DNA of 64,000 nt from Dendrobates tinctorius (Eukaryota). The stretch is from assembly GCF_039654945.1 (NCBI RefSeq), contig NW_027361788.1, forward strand, positions 32,488,001 through 32,552,000. Reading direction: 5' to 3'. Positions 1 to 13,300 of the stretch are shown in pieces. Numbering within the stretch: the first letter of the stretch is position 1; each line of letters starts with the position of its first letter. The position numbers and the translations under genes were made by a program. The notes under the pieces were generated by a model. The model was given only the letters and a program-made list of their open reading frames with translations. It did not search any database and was not told the DNA's origin.

Positions 1-613
1 ATCAGACCAGGCAACGTTTTTCCAATCTTCTACTGTCCAATTTCGATGAGCTTGTGCAAATTGTAGCCTCAGTTTCCTGTTCTTAGCTGAGAGGAGTGGT
101 ACCCAGTGTGGTCTTCTGCTGCTGTAGCCCATCTGCCTCAAAGTTCGACGCACTGTGCGTTCAGAGATGCTCTTCTGCCTACCTTGGTTGTAACGGGTGG
201 CAATTTGAGTCACTGTTGCCTTTCTATCAGCTCGAACCAGTCTGCCCATTCTCCTCTGACCTCTGGCATCAACATGTCATTTCCGGCCACAGAACTGCCG
301 CTCACTGGATTTTTTTTCTTTTTCGGACCATTCTCTGTAAACCCTAGAGATGGTTGTGCGTGAAAATCCCAGTAGATCAGCAGTTTCTGAAATTCTCAGA
401 CCAGCCCTTCTGGCACCAACAATCATGCCACGTTCAAAGGCACTCAAATCACCTTTCTTCCCCATACTGATGCTCGGTTTGAACTGCAGGAGATTGTCTT
501 GACCATGTCTACGTGCCTAAATGCACTGAGTTGCCGCCATGTGATTGGCTGATTAGAAATTAAGTCTTAACACACAGTTGGACAGGTGTACCTAATAAAG
601 TGGCCAGTGAGTG
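1..613 (-). mobile_element. Tc1/mariner DNA transposon, 5' part with transposase N-terminus (continues off the window start); in PMPCA intron 4
   Basis: ORF 277..465(-) MGKKGDLSAFERGMIVGARRAGLRISETADLLGFSRTTISRV is a Tc1 paired-like HTH start. Terminus reads CACTCACTGGCCACTTTATTAGGTAC on the minus strand, ends at 613 and is followed by TA. Confidence 0.85.
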
Positions 614-1365
614 TATATAGTAATAGTAGGTACAGCCCCTCAAAAACAATGCAAACTCCACGTTGCACAAGGTAAAAAAAAATTATTACCGTCTGATACA
701 GAGCCAGTTCCACGAGTTAAATAACCATCTCCCAAAGTACGATAGCCTCGAAAACCATAAGAGATAAAGGGAACAAGAATATGAAATCAATATTTTCCCA
801 TCATATCAAGTAAAGAGGTAAACTGTATCAATATGCAATCAGCGGAGCAAAGAACTCTTTAAAAGGTACAGTAAATACCTGATAGCAGTAGTGCCCGTGG
901 TGTCCCCTCATCCCAACACGCGTTTCACCGCCTGCTTCTTCTGGGGTCGCTATATATATATATAACTATGTTTATTTACATGTTCTAATAGGGTTTCTTT
1001 TTTTTACTTACATGTATCATTGATAGTTTGGTATATAGGAGACATTTTTTGGTATTTTCCAGTACCTTTATGCTATTTCTATCCCCCTCTTTTACATTTC
1101 CCTAGGGGTGCACTCCAGCGTCCCCTACAGCATTTTGCTTTTCTTATGTGTATTTTAATTGTGTTCAATAAATTTATTGGTTTTAACTTTATTTGAGATA
1201 TCTTCTTTATCCTATATATACCGTGTATAGGATTGGTTGGTATATTATAAAGTGCCCTAGCTATTATTTGGACATACATGTATGTTGATTTTATATTTGG
1301 TAAATCCCACATCATGACATTAAGTTGTCAGATCTGCGCTACATTCCTCATGCCTTGGTGCTTAC

Positions 1366-4300
1366 CTGGAGGTCTGACAATCACAAATCCCGCCATGTTT
1401 TTCTAGCGTCAGGAGAATTTCATCCTTACTGCCAAACCGTGCTGTGGACTATATGGGGGGGAAATAATGTGGAAAACCCCTTATGAGTTATAAATGAAAG
1501 AGTATTATGTATGGAACATTCACAAGAAACCCTAGTGCGCCCCCTATTGTATTCTGTCGCCCAGTCACATGTAAGTGGATGGATCTGCTTCAGCACCGGA
1601 GATAAATGACAAAGCTGTAATCCCGACACTGGATCTGATCACTTGTACTTTTCAAGAACATCAAATTTAGACTATACAGAGGCTGAAATGGCTGATAAAT
1701 AGCAGATTTCATTCAATTGCACTCCAAGAGCAGTGTCCTCTTAAAGGGAATCTGTCACCCCATTTTTGACCTATAAGCTGCGGCCACCGCCATCAGGGGC
1801 TTATCTACAGAATTCTGTAATGCTGTAGATAAGCCCCCGATGAAAACTGAAAGAGAAGAAAAACAAGTTATACTATACTCACTGGGGGGGAAAGTGTCGC
1901 AGTCCGGTCCGGCGCCTCCCATCTTCATATGATGATGTCCTCCTCCTCACTTCTCCCTCGGCTCCTGTGCAGGTGTACTGATCTGCCCTGTTGAGGACCG
2001 AGTAAAGTACTGCAGTGCGCAGGCGCCGGGAAAGGTCAGAGAGCTCCGGCGCCTGCGCACTGCAGTATTCTGCTCTGCCCTCAACAGGGCAGATAAAGTA
2101 TGCCTGCGCCGGAGCCGAGGGAGAAGTAAGGAGGAGGACATCATCGTATGAAGATGGGAGGCGCCGGACTGGACACCAGGGTGAGTATAATCTAAAGGCC
2201 CCGTCACACTAAGCGACTTACCAACGATCCCGACACCGATATCAAGGTGTCAGGATCGCTGATGAATCGCTATGTGATCGCTGGTGAGCTGTCACACAGA
2301 CAGCTTCACCAGCGATCAGCACAGCGATGCCGAGCGCCCGGCATCGCTGTAAAAATAGAATAAAAATAAAAAATATAGTTATTCTCACCTTCCGACGTCC
2401 CGTTCAGCCATCCTGCCTCTCTCCACGCTCCGGTCCCAGTGATCCTTTGCACGAATGCAAAGGATCACTGGGACCGGAGCGTGGAGAGAGGCCGGAAGAC
2501 TGCGCGGGACATCGGAAGGTGAGAATTACTATATTTTTTATTTTTTTAATTATTTTTTACACCTGATCGCTGGTCTCCCGCCTATCACACGCAGTGATGC
2601 GTGCTGGCCAGCGGGAGACCAGCGACCAAAGAAATGTCCAGAGGTTTCTTCCAGCGATCAGCGATACCGGCAGGGGGGCCGCTCGCTGATCGCTGTCACA
2701 CACAGCGATCTCGCTGGTGAGATCGCTGTTACGTCATAAAAGTTGTGACTCAGCAGCGATCTCGCTACCGAGATCGCTTAGTGAGACGGGGCCTTTAACT
2801 CTTTTTTCTTATCTTTCAGGTTTCATCAAGGGCTTATCTGCAGCATTACAGAATGCTGTAGATAAGCCCCTGATGGCGGTGGCCGCAGCGGATAGTCCAA
2901 AAATGGGGTGCCAGATTCACTTTAACCCCTTCCTAACGCATACATGACATGCCTGGTAGGAGTGGGCTCCAAAGAAAGAACCTGGTATGTGGCTTCTACC
3001 TGCTGGGACAGGAGATCGGTGTGATCCTGACATTTTAACCCCTTAGTTCTCTTTGGATTCCATGGCAAATGTAGACCCACTAAAAGACTTTCCCCCACGT
3101 CAGTCACCTTAGTACTTATTATGAGACAAATAAAAGGGCAAGCGCATTAAATGGCCCAATTACATAAAACTAGTCATACCACAAAAAAGTCCCCATACAA
3201 CGGTGAAAAAAAACCCCAAAACAGTTATAAGTAATGGAAGGAGAGAATGAACGAAGAAAAGAGGAGAAAAAATATATGAAAATGACAACTATACTACATA
3301 AGATTCTGCAATCCTATATCCCTCCACAAAATTATCAGACATAATGGCGGAGGCATGGAAGAGCCACGTACAGAGAAGGCGAGTTTCTCCAGAAAGTGAG
3401 AGATGCCACTGAGATACTTGGTTTCATGTCTGGTGCCTGAATTGATGAGAACTGAAACAAAAACACAAAAAGAAGTGAAAATATAGCAAAAAAAAAAAAA
3501 GATGTGTGAACTAAACTATTCCTCATAGATAACGCCCAGTCACCCCCGAGCCCAGTATTATACCCCAGAGCTGTATTCACTATACACAGTCACTGTGTAC
3601 ATACATTACTGATCCTGAGTTGCATCCTGTACTATACCCCAGAGCTGCACTCACTATTCTGCTGGTGCAGTCACTGTGTACATACATTACATTACTGATC
3701 CGATCCTGAGTTACATCCTGTATTATACTCCAGACCTGCATTCACTATTCTGCTGGTGCAGTCACTGTGTACATATATTACATTACTGATCCTGCACTGA
3801 TCCTGAGTTACATCCTGTATTATACCCCAGAACTGCACTCACTATTCTGCTGGTGCAGTCACTGTGTACATACATTACTGATCCTGAGTTACATCCTGTA
3901 TTATACTCCAGAGCTGCACTCACTATTCTGCTGGTGCAGTCACTGTGTACATACATTACTGATCCTGAGTTACATCCTGTATTATACTCCAGAGCTGCAC
4001 TCACTATTATGCTGGTGCAGTCACTGTGTACATACAGTACATTACTGATCCTGAGTTACATCCTGTATTATACCCCAGAGCTGCACTCACTATCCTGCTG
4101 GTGCAGTCACTGTGTACATACATTACATTACTGATCCTGAGTTACATCCTGTTTTATACTCCAGAGCTGCACTCACTATTCTGCTGGTGCAGACACTGTG
4201 TACATACATTACATTACTGATCCTGTACTGATCCTGAGTTACCCCCTGTATTATACCCCAGAGCTGCACTCACTATTCTGCTGGTGCAGTCACAATGTAC

Positions 4301-7300
4301 ATACATTACATATCCTGTAATGATCCTATATTAGGCTATGTTTCTACGTTAAGGAAACGCTGCAGAGAGGACACAGCTCCACCCAAAGCGCTGCCTCCTT
4401 CTGTACGTGCAGTGATTCCGCATGTGTTCATTGAACACATGTGGAATCACCGCATCCTATACATTAGACTGTTTCATATATCTTGCAGAGACTGAGCATC
4501 TCCGCAAGACAAATAGACATGCTGCGGTCTATAAAGACGCGCCGCATGTCCGATTACACAGGTCTGCCACCTTGCGTGTTTGCATGCATAGTAGATATGG
4601 GATTTCATAAAATCCCATCCACTATGCTGTAACATCTGGATGCTGTGGATTGGACGCTGCGTCCAATCCACAGCGTTTCCTGAATAATGAGGAAAGATAC
4701 CCTTATACTCCAGAGCTGCACTCACTATTCGTACCCAGGCTTATAAGGCTCTGCACCCTCAGACATAACGCATATGTCTTCTAGTCCGACTTACGTCCAA
4801 CTGTACAGAACTGTCCAAATTTGTTTTGGGAAGCGATGCGCAAGCCGTTCTCCAGAGTGGTGACCTTGGTCTCATACTTCTCCTGCCCGTCTACTCTGGC
4901 AAACACTGGCTTGGGCACCCCGGGTAAGGGGGCAGTGAGGGGTATGGTGGGGTAGGTGCTGCCGCTGCTGAACCTCCTGTACGCCGGCAGCCCGTACCTG
5001 GAACACAAATGAGAGCTATCACTGCACGCAGGGTCCGGTCCCATGTCCCCTGCTCTCTACTCCGGGGTCATACTTGCTGTCAGTGAGTGGGAACATAAAC
5101 TGCCAGCAACCTAACACTTCCCACAGCTGAGGGTTCGTTACAAGTGTTTCCAGTCAATCTATTCACCAGGGGAAGAGTCCTGAGGAGATCATTTGCATAT
5201 TCCCAGTGCCTTCTGGAATAAGTGAAGAGTCTCCGCAAGCTCAACGATCACTGGATTTTGGCAGTTGCAGCTGAAACATGGATTTTTGTGAGTACTCACC
5301 GTAAAATCCTTTTCTCCGGGACGCTCATTGGGGGACACAGAGACTGTGGGTGTGTGCTACTGCAGTCTGGAGGCCGACACTAAGTATACAAAAAAACAAG
5401 TTAGCTACGCCGCATACACCCTCGCCCCGATAGCGGGCGGAAACCAGTTTAGTGCAAAAAGCAGTAGGAGAAGCTGAAAGCGAATTAGCCTTACCGCAGA
5501 AAATCATATGTCTGAAAAAAGGACCACCCTACGATAAAGAATTACACCAATTAAAATAAACAAAAGCCAACTGGCTATTAGGGTGGGTGCTGTGTCTCCC
5601 AATGAGCGTCTCGGAGAAAAGGATTTTACGGTGAGTACTCACAAAAATCCATGTTTCTCCTTCATCTCATTGGGGGACACAGAGACTGTGGGACGTCCTA
5701 AAGCAGTCCCTGGGTGGGAGCAACTCACCAATCCACACCGCATGACCACCTGTTTAAAGGTGTGCCACTGCTGCCTGGAGAATTTTCCTACCCAGGCTCG
5801 CATCCGACGAAGCCTGAGTATGCACATTGTAATGCTTAGAGAACGTGTGCAGGCTTGACCAAATTGCCGCCTTGCATACCTGCTCTGCCGAAGCCTGATG
5901 CCGAAGCGCCCAAGAGGCGCCCACTGCCCGAGTCGAGTGCGCCCTTATTCCAGTTGGAACCAGCGCGCCTCTAATACGGTAAGCCTCTTGAATAGTAAGG
6001 CGAATCCATCTGGCTATGGTCGACCGTGAGGCTGCGAGCCCCTTCCTGCGCCCTTCGGGGATCACAAACAACGAGTCTGTCTGGCGAAAAGGTGCTGTCC
6101 TCGACACATACCTCCTGAGGGCCCTTACTAGGTCCAGCGTGTGGAGCGCCTTCTCCACTCTGTGTACCAGGGCTGGACAAAACGAAGGCAAAACAATGTC
6201 CTCATTAATATGGAACGACACAACCTTCGGTAGAAACGGCGGCGGTGGTGGTCTCAGGACTACCTTATCATTAAAAAAGGTCAGAAACGGCGCTCTACAG
6301 GATAGGGCTGCCAATTCCGAGACCCGCCTAATAGAGGTTATGGCTACCAAAAACACGACCTTCCTGGTAAGGTATGGCAATTCGACTTCCTGCAACGGCT
6401 CAAAAGGAGCTTCCTGCAGGACACCGAGAACCAGATTAAGGTCCCAGGCGTCTAAGGAAAAGGACAAGGACAGACTAGGCCGATATCTGTCTCCTCAGGG
6501 AACTCGGGGCCAAACCTGCGTCTAGGCCTGACTGCAGAAAAGCCAGGATGTTGGGAACCGAGAAGGACAAAGGCGCAACCCCGTGCTCTCGACACCAGAG
6601 AAAGAAAACCTTCCAAGTGTTATGATAGACCCTCGCCGAGGCTGGCTTCCGGGCGCTAACCATTGTGGCCACCACTTCACGCCCAAACCCCGCCTGGGTC
6701 AGAACCCAGGATTCAACGGCCATGCCGTCAAACACAGGGCCCCTAAGTTCAGGTGGTAGATCAGCCCCTGGGACAGTAAGTCTGGCCGTTCCGGTAGACG
6801 CCATGGCACGTCTGCGAGGAGCTGTACTAGATCCGCGTACCAAGCTCAACGGGGCCAGTCTGGAGCCAGCAGAATTGCCGGGACCCTCTCTAGCTTGATC
6901 TTTCTGATTACCCTCGGGAGAAGAGGCAGAGGGGGAAACAGGTATGGGAGCCGAAACTGGCTCCATGGAAGAACCAAAGCATCCACTGCGATTGCTCGCG
7001 GGTCCTGGGACCGGGCAACAAACCTGCCCACCTTGGCATTCTACCTGGAGGCCATCAGATCCACGTCCGGAGTTCCCCACCGTTGGCAAATCTGCTGGAA
7101 GACCTCGGGGTGTAGGGACCATTCTCCAGCCACGACCCCCTGCCGACTCAGGAAATCTGCTGCCCAATTTTCCACACCTGGTATATGAACCGCTGAGATT
7201 ACTGAGCGGTGCTTCTCGGCCCAACGGAGTACATGTTCTATCTCGCGCATGGCTGCCTTGCAGCGCGTGCCTCCCTGGTGATTCACGTACGCCACTGCCG

Positions 7301-10300
7301 TGGCGTTGTCTGACTGGACCCGGACTGGGCGACCCGCTAGCCAGTGCTGAAAATGCTGCAACGCCAACCGCACCGCTCGAATCTCCAACAAGTTGATCGG
7401 AAGATGAGCCTCCTGGGGGGACCACTGCCCCTGTGCCGTGTAATGACGAAATACTGCTCCCCAACCGAGCAGACTCGCGTCGGTTGTGACCACCAACCAT
7501 TGATCTGGAGGAAAGGGTTTCCCCTGAAGGAGAGAGGAGTCGCGCGTCCACCATTGAAGTGCCCGCCGGACCTGAAAGGACAACCTGCACTGATGATCTA
7601 GGGAGAACGGACTCCTGTCCCACGCTGCTAAAAGAGCGTGCTGCAGGGGACGAAGATGAAATTGCGCAAACTGAATTGCTTCTATTGCTGCTACCATCCT
7701 CCCTAGGACCCTCATCCCAAATCGAATCGTGTGAGGGCCTGGCTGCTGAAGACTCCAAACTCCCTGCCGGAGCGCCCGAGCCTTGTCTTGAGGGAGAATT
7801 ACCAACCCTCGGGAAGTGTCGAAAATCATCCCTAAGAATGGAATCCTCTGAGCTGGGGTAAGAGATGACTTCTTCCCATTGACCAACCATCCCAGGCGAG
7901 ATAGGGTATCCAGCGTGATGCTGACATTCTCCTTGCATGCTTGAAAGGACGGCCCTTTTACCAAAAGGTCGTCTAAGTACGGCAACACTACTATTCCCCG
8001 AGAATGAAGAATGGCCATAACGACCGCCATTACCTTCGAGAATACCCTGGGCGCCGTGGCCAACCCGAACGGCAGAGCCACAAACTGGAAATGCCGGCGA
8101 TTGATCGCAAAACGAAGGAACTTTTGATGCGGGGGAAAAGTAGGGATGTGCAGGTAGGCATCCTGAACATCGATTGAGGCCAAATATTCTCCCTGCTCCA
8201 TGGCCGATATCACTGACCGGAGGGATTCCATCCGAAAGTGCCTGACTCTGATGAACCTGTTTAGGAGCTTTAGGTCCAGAACCGGTCTTACTGTTCCGTC
8301 CTTCTTGGGGACCACGAACAGGTTGGAATAAAATCCTTGAGCCTCTTCGCCCTCTGGTACCGGGACAATAACCCCGTTGCACTGAAGAATCCTGATGGCT
8401 CCTAGCAACGCCTCTGCCCGGGATTCCGATTTGGGACGCCGGGAACGAAAAAAATCGCTTTGGAGGGTGTCCGATAAACTCTATCTTGTACCCGAATGAC
8501 ACTAATTCCGCCACCCATGCGTCGTGTGCCACCTTGACCCAGACGTGGCAGAACCTGAGCAGACGACCGCTGTCCTCGGGTACCTGATGCCTCGAGTCAT
8601 TTTGCTGAGGGCCTCTGGGACCTGGCTCCCCTTGACCTGGGTGGAGGGCCCCGCATCCTCCCCAGTGGGTTGGCTCTATATGTGACCTGGCGCTCTCTGT
8701 CTTGGTTGTAGCGAGCTGGGGCGGTAGAACTGGCCGCTGTTGCCCATCCTGGGGCGCGAAATGCTCGAAAGCGCGCCTGCGGTTGACGAAGAGGCGGTCT
8801 ACTCTTCTGCTGTGGGAGAAAGCTGCTCTTTCTCCCTGTGGCATCCGAAATAAGTTTGTCTAACTTCTCTCCAAAAAGCCGGTTACCCTGATATGGCAGG
8901 GATGTTAACGATTTTTTAGAAATTGAATCAGCCCGCCATAGCCTTAGCCACAAGGCTCTCCTAATGGCGATAGCGTTTGCCGCCGCTAGTGCCGTGCAAT
9001 TAGCCACATCCAAGGATGCATTAGATAGTCACCCGCCATCGCGATCTGCTTTGCTATCTCAGACCTCTATCGGCAAGTCTCTATCTTGCAGGACTCCATT
9101 CAAAGACTCTGACCATGATATCATGGCCTTGGCCACCCATGTTGCCGCAAATGACGGCAAAAGCGCTGATCCCGATGCCTCATACACCGAGCGGGCTAAA
9201 CCTTCTATGAGCCGATCCGTGGGGTCCTTAATGGAAGAACCACTAGGCACTGACAACAATGATCTTGAGGCCAGGCGTGACACTGGGGGATCCACAATCG
9301 GAGATTCCGCCCATCTCTTACAGAGCTCTGGTGCAAACGGGTATCTCGTCTCTAGCTTTTTTTGTCCCGAAAAACGCTTTTCTGGACGCTCCCTGTGCCG
9401 TTGCACCATGTCCTCGAATTCTGGATGAGTGCTAAACACCCTATGTGGTCGCCTGGCCTTTTTAAAAGATATTTTATGCCCTGCGGTTAGGGAGACATCT
9501 TCTTCAATACCTAGAGTCTGATTGACAGCCTCAATGAGACTGTCTACCGTCTCCCGACACCCGGGGGTATCCAGGTCCAAGGATTCCGGCATGTCCTCAT
9601 CTGAACTCTGCTCGCTCCCAGACAATGGTGGCAGTGAGCGAGACGCCGCACTCACGGATGCCGAAGCACCGGAGGGGCCCGGAGACGCCATATGGGATCT
9701 TTCCCTGTACGTCTGTTTAGAGAGAGTGCGGCCCCTGCAGGCCGGCGGCTCCTGTGAGGTGGATGAACCTTCCCAAACCGGTGAGCCGTCGTCTCTACCC
9801 CTATCCGGGACCTGAACCCTAGCCTGGATCCTCACACTGCCCAGGGGCTCTCCCAGCCCAACCATACCTCCTTGCTGCGCATGAGGTAATCCGTCGTCGG
9901 ACGGTGCAGGCACCCTAGCTCCGTCCGCCTTGCCTGGGCGAGGAGAGGGACCGTCCGCCGCCACGCAGCACCGCCGTCTAGCTTTGGTGGAGCAGTGGGG
10001 CCGCACAGACTAGTCTTGTGCCTCTGTGCAAGCCCATGGTTTCGTTACCTAGGGGTGGACAGGGCTAAGTCTGGCATAATGTCCCACGTCGCGGGAGAGG
10101 AAACGTGGAGGGACACTCGCACGTGGTCGCCCGTTGATGGTTTGAGGAAATCGGATCCTTTCAATAGGATGCGTTGCCCCTGTCATATCTTCTCAAAATA
10201 AAAAAGAAAAAAATAGATGTCTGGGGAAAAGTCCCAGAGATGTCCCTCGGTGCGGGAAAGGATACGCGGAGGCGATACTCGCGCGTGCTCGCCCGTTGAT

Positions 10301-13300
10301 GTTTGGGGGAGATCGGACCCTTTCAATAGGGTCCGTCGCCCCTGTCTCCTCTTCATAGCGAGAAAATATTTAAAAAAATAAATAAATAAAATAGTCTGGG
10401 GAGACCCAGACTGCGTGTGCCTCCATCAGACACTAAGCAAAAACTGGTTTCCGCCCGCTATCGGGGCGAGAGTGTATGCGGCGGAAGCGGAGCTAACTTT
10501 TTTTTTTTTGTATACTTAGTGTCGGCCTCCAGACGGCAGTAGCACACACCCACAGTCTCTGTGTCCCCCAATGAGACGAAGGAGAAAAGAGGATATCGGT
10601 AAACCGCGCGCCAATAATTTTGGCTCATTTTTCAATCTCTTTAACAATAACAATATGGAAGAGGCCAGGAGCCATTTGGTGAGCTGCATTTCTTGCTACA
10701 TATTCACAGACTTACCAGTGGAAAAGCCAAACTTCACATGCCACAAATGCAAGCTTGTGACCCTGTTGGAGGAAAAGTTGCAAAATCTCGAAGAGAGGTT
10801 AGCTACATTGAAAATCATTAAGGAAGGTGAAGAGTTCTTAGACAGAGCAAAATTATAACTTCATGTTACAGAAAGAGAATAAATTCGAAGTGCACCTGAA
10901 GAAACAGAGGAATGGAAAAATGTGACCCAGAGAAGCAAGAGGATCAGGAGGCAGTCAGCACCCATACTGCTCAGGAACCAGTACCAGGCTCTCACGCAGG
11001 AAAATGATGAAGAAATACATCAGGATAAGACTTTTCCCACAAACAGCAACCTTGTACACCTTCAGAATCCTCCTGGATGGAGAAAGAAGAATGCTGTGAA
11101 GAAGAAACGGAGAGTGGTGGTCATGGGGGATTCCCTGTTGAGAGGAACAGAGGCCGCTATCTGCAGACCGGATATAACTTCAAGAGAAATGTGCTGTCTT
11201 CAAGGTGCTAAAATTAAAGATGTGTCTGACAGGATATCAGGACTCTTCAGACCTACAGATGACTACCCATTCCTGCTAGTACATGTGGGGACAAATGACA
11301 CCGCAAGAAGAAACGACCTGGAAACCATCTGCAGAGACTTTGAAGACTTAGGCAAGAAAGTGAAAGAACTGGGAGCGCAGGTGGTCTTCTCTTCCATCCT
11401 CCCAATGGATGGCCATGGAACAAGGAGGTGGAATAAGATTCTGCAGGTGAACAACTGGCTACGTCGATGGTGCCGTCAGCAAGGTTTTGGATTTCTGGAT
11501 CACGGAGTGGATTACCTTTACGATGGACTACTTGCTAGAGATGGGGTGCACCTTACGAAGACTGGAAGACATGTATTTGGAAGTCGCCTTGCTACACTTG
11601 TAAGGAGAGCTTTAAACTAGAACAACATGGGATGGGAAGCAAAAGACCAGAAAGAGCCATACACCTGACAAATGCTATTGAGAACTCTGCTATTAGAAGT
11701 GGAAATGAAGAACAAAGACAAAAGAATCTAAAAAAAATATTGGAGAAAGAGAAACCAATCACAAACTAAAATGTTTCTATACTAACGCACAAAGCATGGG
11801 CAACAAACAAGGAGAATTGGAACTACTAACACAGGAAAAGAAATATGATGTCATTGGAATCACTGAAACTTGGTGGGACAATACACATGATTGGAATACA
11901 AGACTAGAAGGGTACAACTTATTTGCAAGAAACACTTGATAAACGAGGAGGAGGTGTCGCATTGTATGTTAGAAACGCGTATATCTGCACAGAGATTGAA
12001 GCTTCAGAGACTGGGAGTTCTGTGGAAACTGTTTGGATAAGTATACAAGGCGAGAAAAATGGAAAGGACACCATTGTAGGCATTTACTACAGGCCGCCTG
12101 TGCAAGCTGAAGATATGAACTCTTTATGCATCAAATGGCCAAGTTCTCCAAAAAATATGACATAGTTGTCATGGCAGATTTCAACTATCCAGACATTTGT
12201 TGGGAATCTCTCTCAGGCAAAACTAACAGGTCAAGGAAATTCTTATCCTCTCATGCTGACAACTTTATCTTCCAAAAGGTAGGGGAGAAAACAAGGGGAA
12301 CTGCTACCTTGGATCAAATCCTTATAAACAGGGAGGAAATGGTTGAGGAGGTAAAAGTGGCTGGGACCCTAGGAGGTAGCGACCATGCTATTTTAGAATT
12401 TTGGATAACTAGAAGAGGAAGACCTGTGAAGACTCAGACGTCAAGCTTAGATTTCAGAAAGGCAGATTTTAAGGGATTCAGAAAGAGAATTGGAGGGATC
12501 CAATGGCTAGATATCCTTAAAGACAAAAATGTCCAGGAAGGATGGGAAATCTTGAGAAATCAAATTCTCAAAGCACAATTATTAACAATTCCGAAAAGAG
12601 GGAAGAATGGGAAGCATTTAAGGAAACCAGGATGGATTAACACATAACAAGCACATGCTAAAATGGAAGAAAGAAATGTTTATAAAATGGAAAGGAGGCA
12701 TATCTAAAGAAGAATATAATGCTGTCTGCAGAACCTGCAGGGCACGAATCAGATTATCTAAAGCTGACAATGAATTGAGGCTTGCAAGAGACGTCAAAAG
12801 CAATAATAAAGGATTTTGGGGATATGTCAAAAGTAAAAGAAAAGAAAAGTCAAAGATACTATAGGATTTTTACAGGATGAAAATGATGAAATGGTAAGCC
12901 AGGATGTTGAGAACGCTGAACTTTTAAATTCCTATTTTGCATCTGTTTTCTCTAAGAAAGGAATTGTAACATCAACTGTTCTTCACTGTCCTATTAAGGG
13001 AATAGAAGAATCCAGGATATCTATAAACAGAAAGATAGTGAGGAAACATTTAGCTAACCTAAATAAATTCAAATCTCCAGGTCCAAATGAATTACACCCA
13101 AGAGTACTGAAGGAGATAAGAGAAGACATTTTTGAACCACTCTCCATAATCTTTGAAAATTCTTGGAGAACAGGAGAAGTCCCAGAAGACAGGAGAAGAG
13201 CAGATGTTGTTCCTATCTTCAAAAAAGGGGAAGAAGGTGGACCCAGGCAACTATAGGCCGGGGAGTCTGACTTCTATACCAGGAAAGATCTTTGAACAAA

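Larger units (their letters stand above)
5274..10587 (-). mobile_element. DIRS1-type tyrosine-recombinase retrotransposon, near full length, degenerate
   Basis: Inverted terminal repeats at about 5320-5460 and 10430-10587, and an internal complementary region at about 5590-5690. Gag/LAP2alpha-like ORFs 9059-10006 and 8597-9013, RT-RNaseH 7041-8408 (YLDD), methyltransferase-like segment 6846-7031 (YLFPP), and YR 5754-6467 (RRVSEL, HSTR, KHY). Confidence 0.93.

Noticed and set aside
3553-4320. Repetitive ORFs or CRISPR-like array
   Set aside because: Tandem minisatellite; the ORFs are artefacts of the repeat unit.
6475-8844. 789-aa ORF as a novel gene
   Set aside because: It is the DIRS YR reading frame overlapping pol, a normal feature of DIRS1-type elements.
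10922-11620. Stand-alone SGNH esterase gene
   Set aside because: It is the esterase domain of CR1 ORF1, directly upstream of the APE-RT ORF2.
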